Shown: in pieces, positions 62,399 through 64,000 of the stretch
Layout: each line of letters opens with the position of its first letter
Position numbering within the stretch: position 1 is the first letter of the stretch
Notes under the pieces: generated by a model
Told to the model about the DNA's origin: nothing
What the model saw: only the letters and a program-made list of their open reading frames with translations
The model's database searches: none
DNA from: Octopus sinensis
Lineage: Eukaryota
Direction of reading: 5' to 3'
NCBI RefSeq assembly: GCF_006345805.1
Contig: NC_042998.1
Span: forward strand, 25,978,001 to 26,042,000
Length of the DNA stretch: 64,000 nt
Program-made: the position numbers and the translations under genes

Positions 62399-63134
62399 TA
62401 TGTATTAGAATTCATGACAAACCAAGGAATTTGAATTGTATAAATATATATGTCTCACTCCAAAGCTTAATCTAATTTAGATATTTCCTCGCAAGATGTT
62501 TTGCAACAAAATCTTCAGTGTCAGTTCCATCACTTTTTTCCTTTTCAGATTTCTTAATACATGCTGCTTGTTTCAGTCATTCAACTGCAGCCCATGCTGG
62601 GGCACCACCTTGAAGTATTTTTTTTCTTAGTTGAGCGAATTGATCTCAGGACTTATTCTATTTTCAGCCAATTATTCATTCTATCAGTCTCTTTTGCTGA
62701 ACTGCTAAGTTTCAGGAATGTAAACATGCTAACACTGGTCCGCATGAAAGTGGCTGTGTACTCCACAGACATGCATACCCTTAATGATTGTTATTTTATA
62801 TGAAATAATTAAATGACTTCAACACCAAAAGGTATTTTTAAGGCATGGTTGAGTATTTACGATGTTCATTTAATAACTATAAGGCTTTCTGTTCAGTCCC
62901 AAAATGTGGCCTTTTAGGAAAAGTGTTTTCTACTATAGCCCTGGGCCTATTGTTGCCTTAAGTTGGAAATGGTGTAGAAGCTTGAAGTCACACACACACA
63001 CACATATACATACACGCTTATATACACACATAAAAAAGTAGCCTTATTTTGATTGAGCTAGCACAACAGTTAACTAATGTTTAGTTCTCCATGAAATTCC
63101 TCGTATTTTCAAATTTCAATAAAATATTGGTTTT

Positions 63135-63560
63135 AAATTTTAGCACGAAGCCAGCAATTTCAAGGGAGGAGATAAGTTGATCACTTCACTGCCAGTGCTC
63201 AGCTGGTGCTTATTTTATCGACCCTGAAGTGATAGGAGACAAGGTCGACCTTGGCTGGATTTGAACCCAGAACATAGCGAAGGGCAAAATGGCTCTAAGT
63301 ATTTTTCCCAGACTGTTAAGGACTCTGCCAACCTACCACTTTATTTCAATTAAATATTCATTTCAAGGTCAGCAATTTCTAGGGTGGGGGCTAAGTTGAT
63401 TACAATAATCCCAGTACTTAACTGGTAAATTTATCAACCTCAAAAAAGATGAAAGGCACAGAGCTGACCTCAGCAGATTTTGAACTCACAACATAAAGAC
63501 AGACGAAATGCTGTTAAGCATTTTACCTGGCACGCAAGCAATTATGCCATCTCACTCCTT
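63135..63560 (-). mobile_element. Two adjacent family B variant copies
   Basis: GGTCGACCTTGGCTGGATTTGAACC and GCTGACCTCAGCAGATTTTGAACTC. Confidence 0.75.
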
Positions 63561-63646
63561 ATTTCAATCAAGTATTAGGTTTTTTGTCCTCTGAGTTTTG
63601 CTTGGTATTATATACATTTGAATAATTTACAAAGTCTGTATCTGAG

Positions 63647-64000
63647 AGCGTGGAGGCGCGTAGCTTGGTGGTTAGGGTGTTGAACTCATGATCATAAGGT
63701 TGTGGTTTCGATTCTTGGACCGGGCGATGCATTGTGTTCTTGAGCAAGACACTTCATTTCACGTTGCTCCAGTTCATTCAGCTGGCAAAATTGAGCAATC
63801 CTGTGACAGACCGGTGTCCCGTTCAGGTGGGGAAGTTCTATGCCACTGAAACCAGGAAACCAGCCCTTACGAACCTGGCATGGCTTGAGAAGGAACATAT
63901 AGTGGAGATACGTGGCTTAGTGGTTAAGGTGTTGAACTCATGATCATAAGGTTGTGGTTTCAATTCCTGGACCGGGCAATGCGTTGTGTTCTTAAGCAAA
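63647..64000 (+). mobile_element. Family D-headed SINE with 46420-type tail, followed by a second head running off the window
   Basis: GTGGAGGCGCGTAGCTTGGTGGTTAGG head; tail GGCATGGCTTGAGAAGGAAC; head repeated from ~63901. Confidence 0.85.

Overview
AT-rich, repeat-dense eukaryotic DNA. The short interspersed repeats look like the tRNA-derived SINE families I recall from Octopus (coleoid cephalopod); this is inferred from recognition, not from a search. I cannot support any intact protein-coding gene, rRNA, tRNA gene or CRISPR array. Almost every ORF in the supplied track comes from microsatellites or SINEs. Well-supported content: (1) four recurrent SINE-like families, labelled here for convenience: A = head AGGCGCAGGAGTGGCTGTGTGGTAAG with internal (TA)/(TG) tract; B = head GGCGGCGAGCTGGCAG with CORE-like body; C = (GAT)n-tailed element with internal 65-70 bp modules; D = head GTGAAGGCGCGTGGCTTAGTGG. 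(2) Decayed LINE fragments: three RTE-like, one R4/Dong-like with RLE endonuclease, one CR1-like 3' end. (3) TTAA-flanked piggyBac-like and 8-bp-TSD hAT-like MITEs. (4) A Helitron/DINE-like insert. (5) Several long inverted repeats, including a 132-bp loopless palindrome and a 703-bp foldback. (6) A 17-bp minisatellite and many microsatellites. The most interesting but unproven signal: the non-repeat AT-rich DNA repeatedly shows stop- and frameshift-interrupted, mostly plus-strand frames with LRR, LRR-CT, transmembrane and TIR-like motifs in Toll-like-receptor order. This could be a graveyard of decayed TLR-like genes. Short LRR-like motifs also arise by chance in AT-rich DNA, so this needs a frameshift-aware HMM search with shuffled controls.
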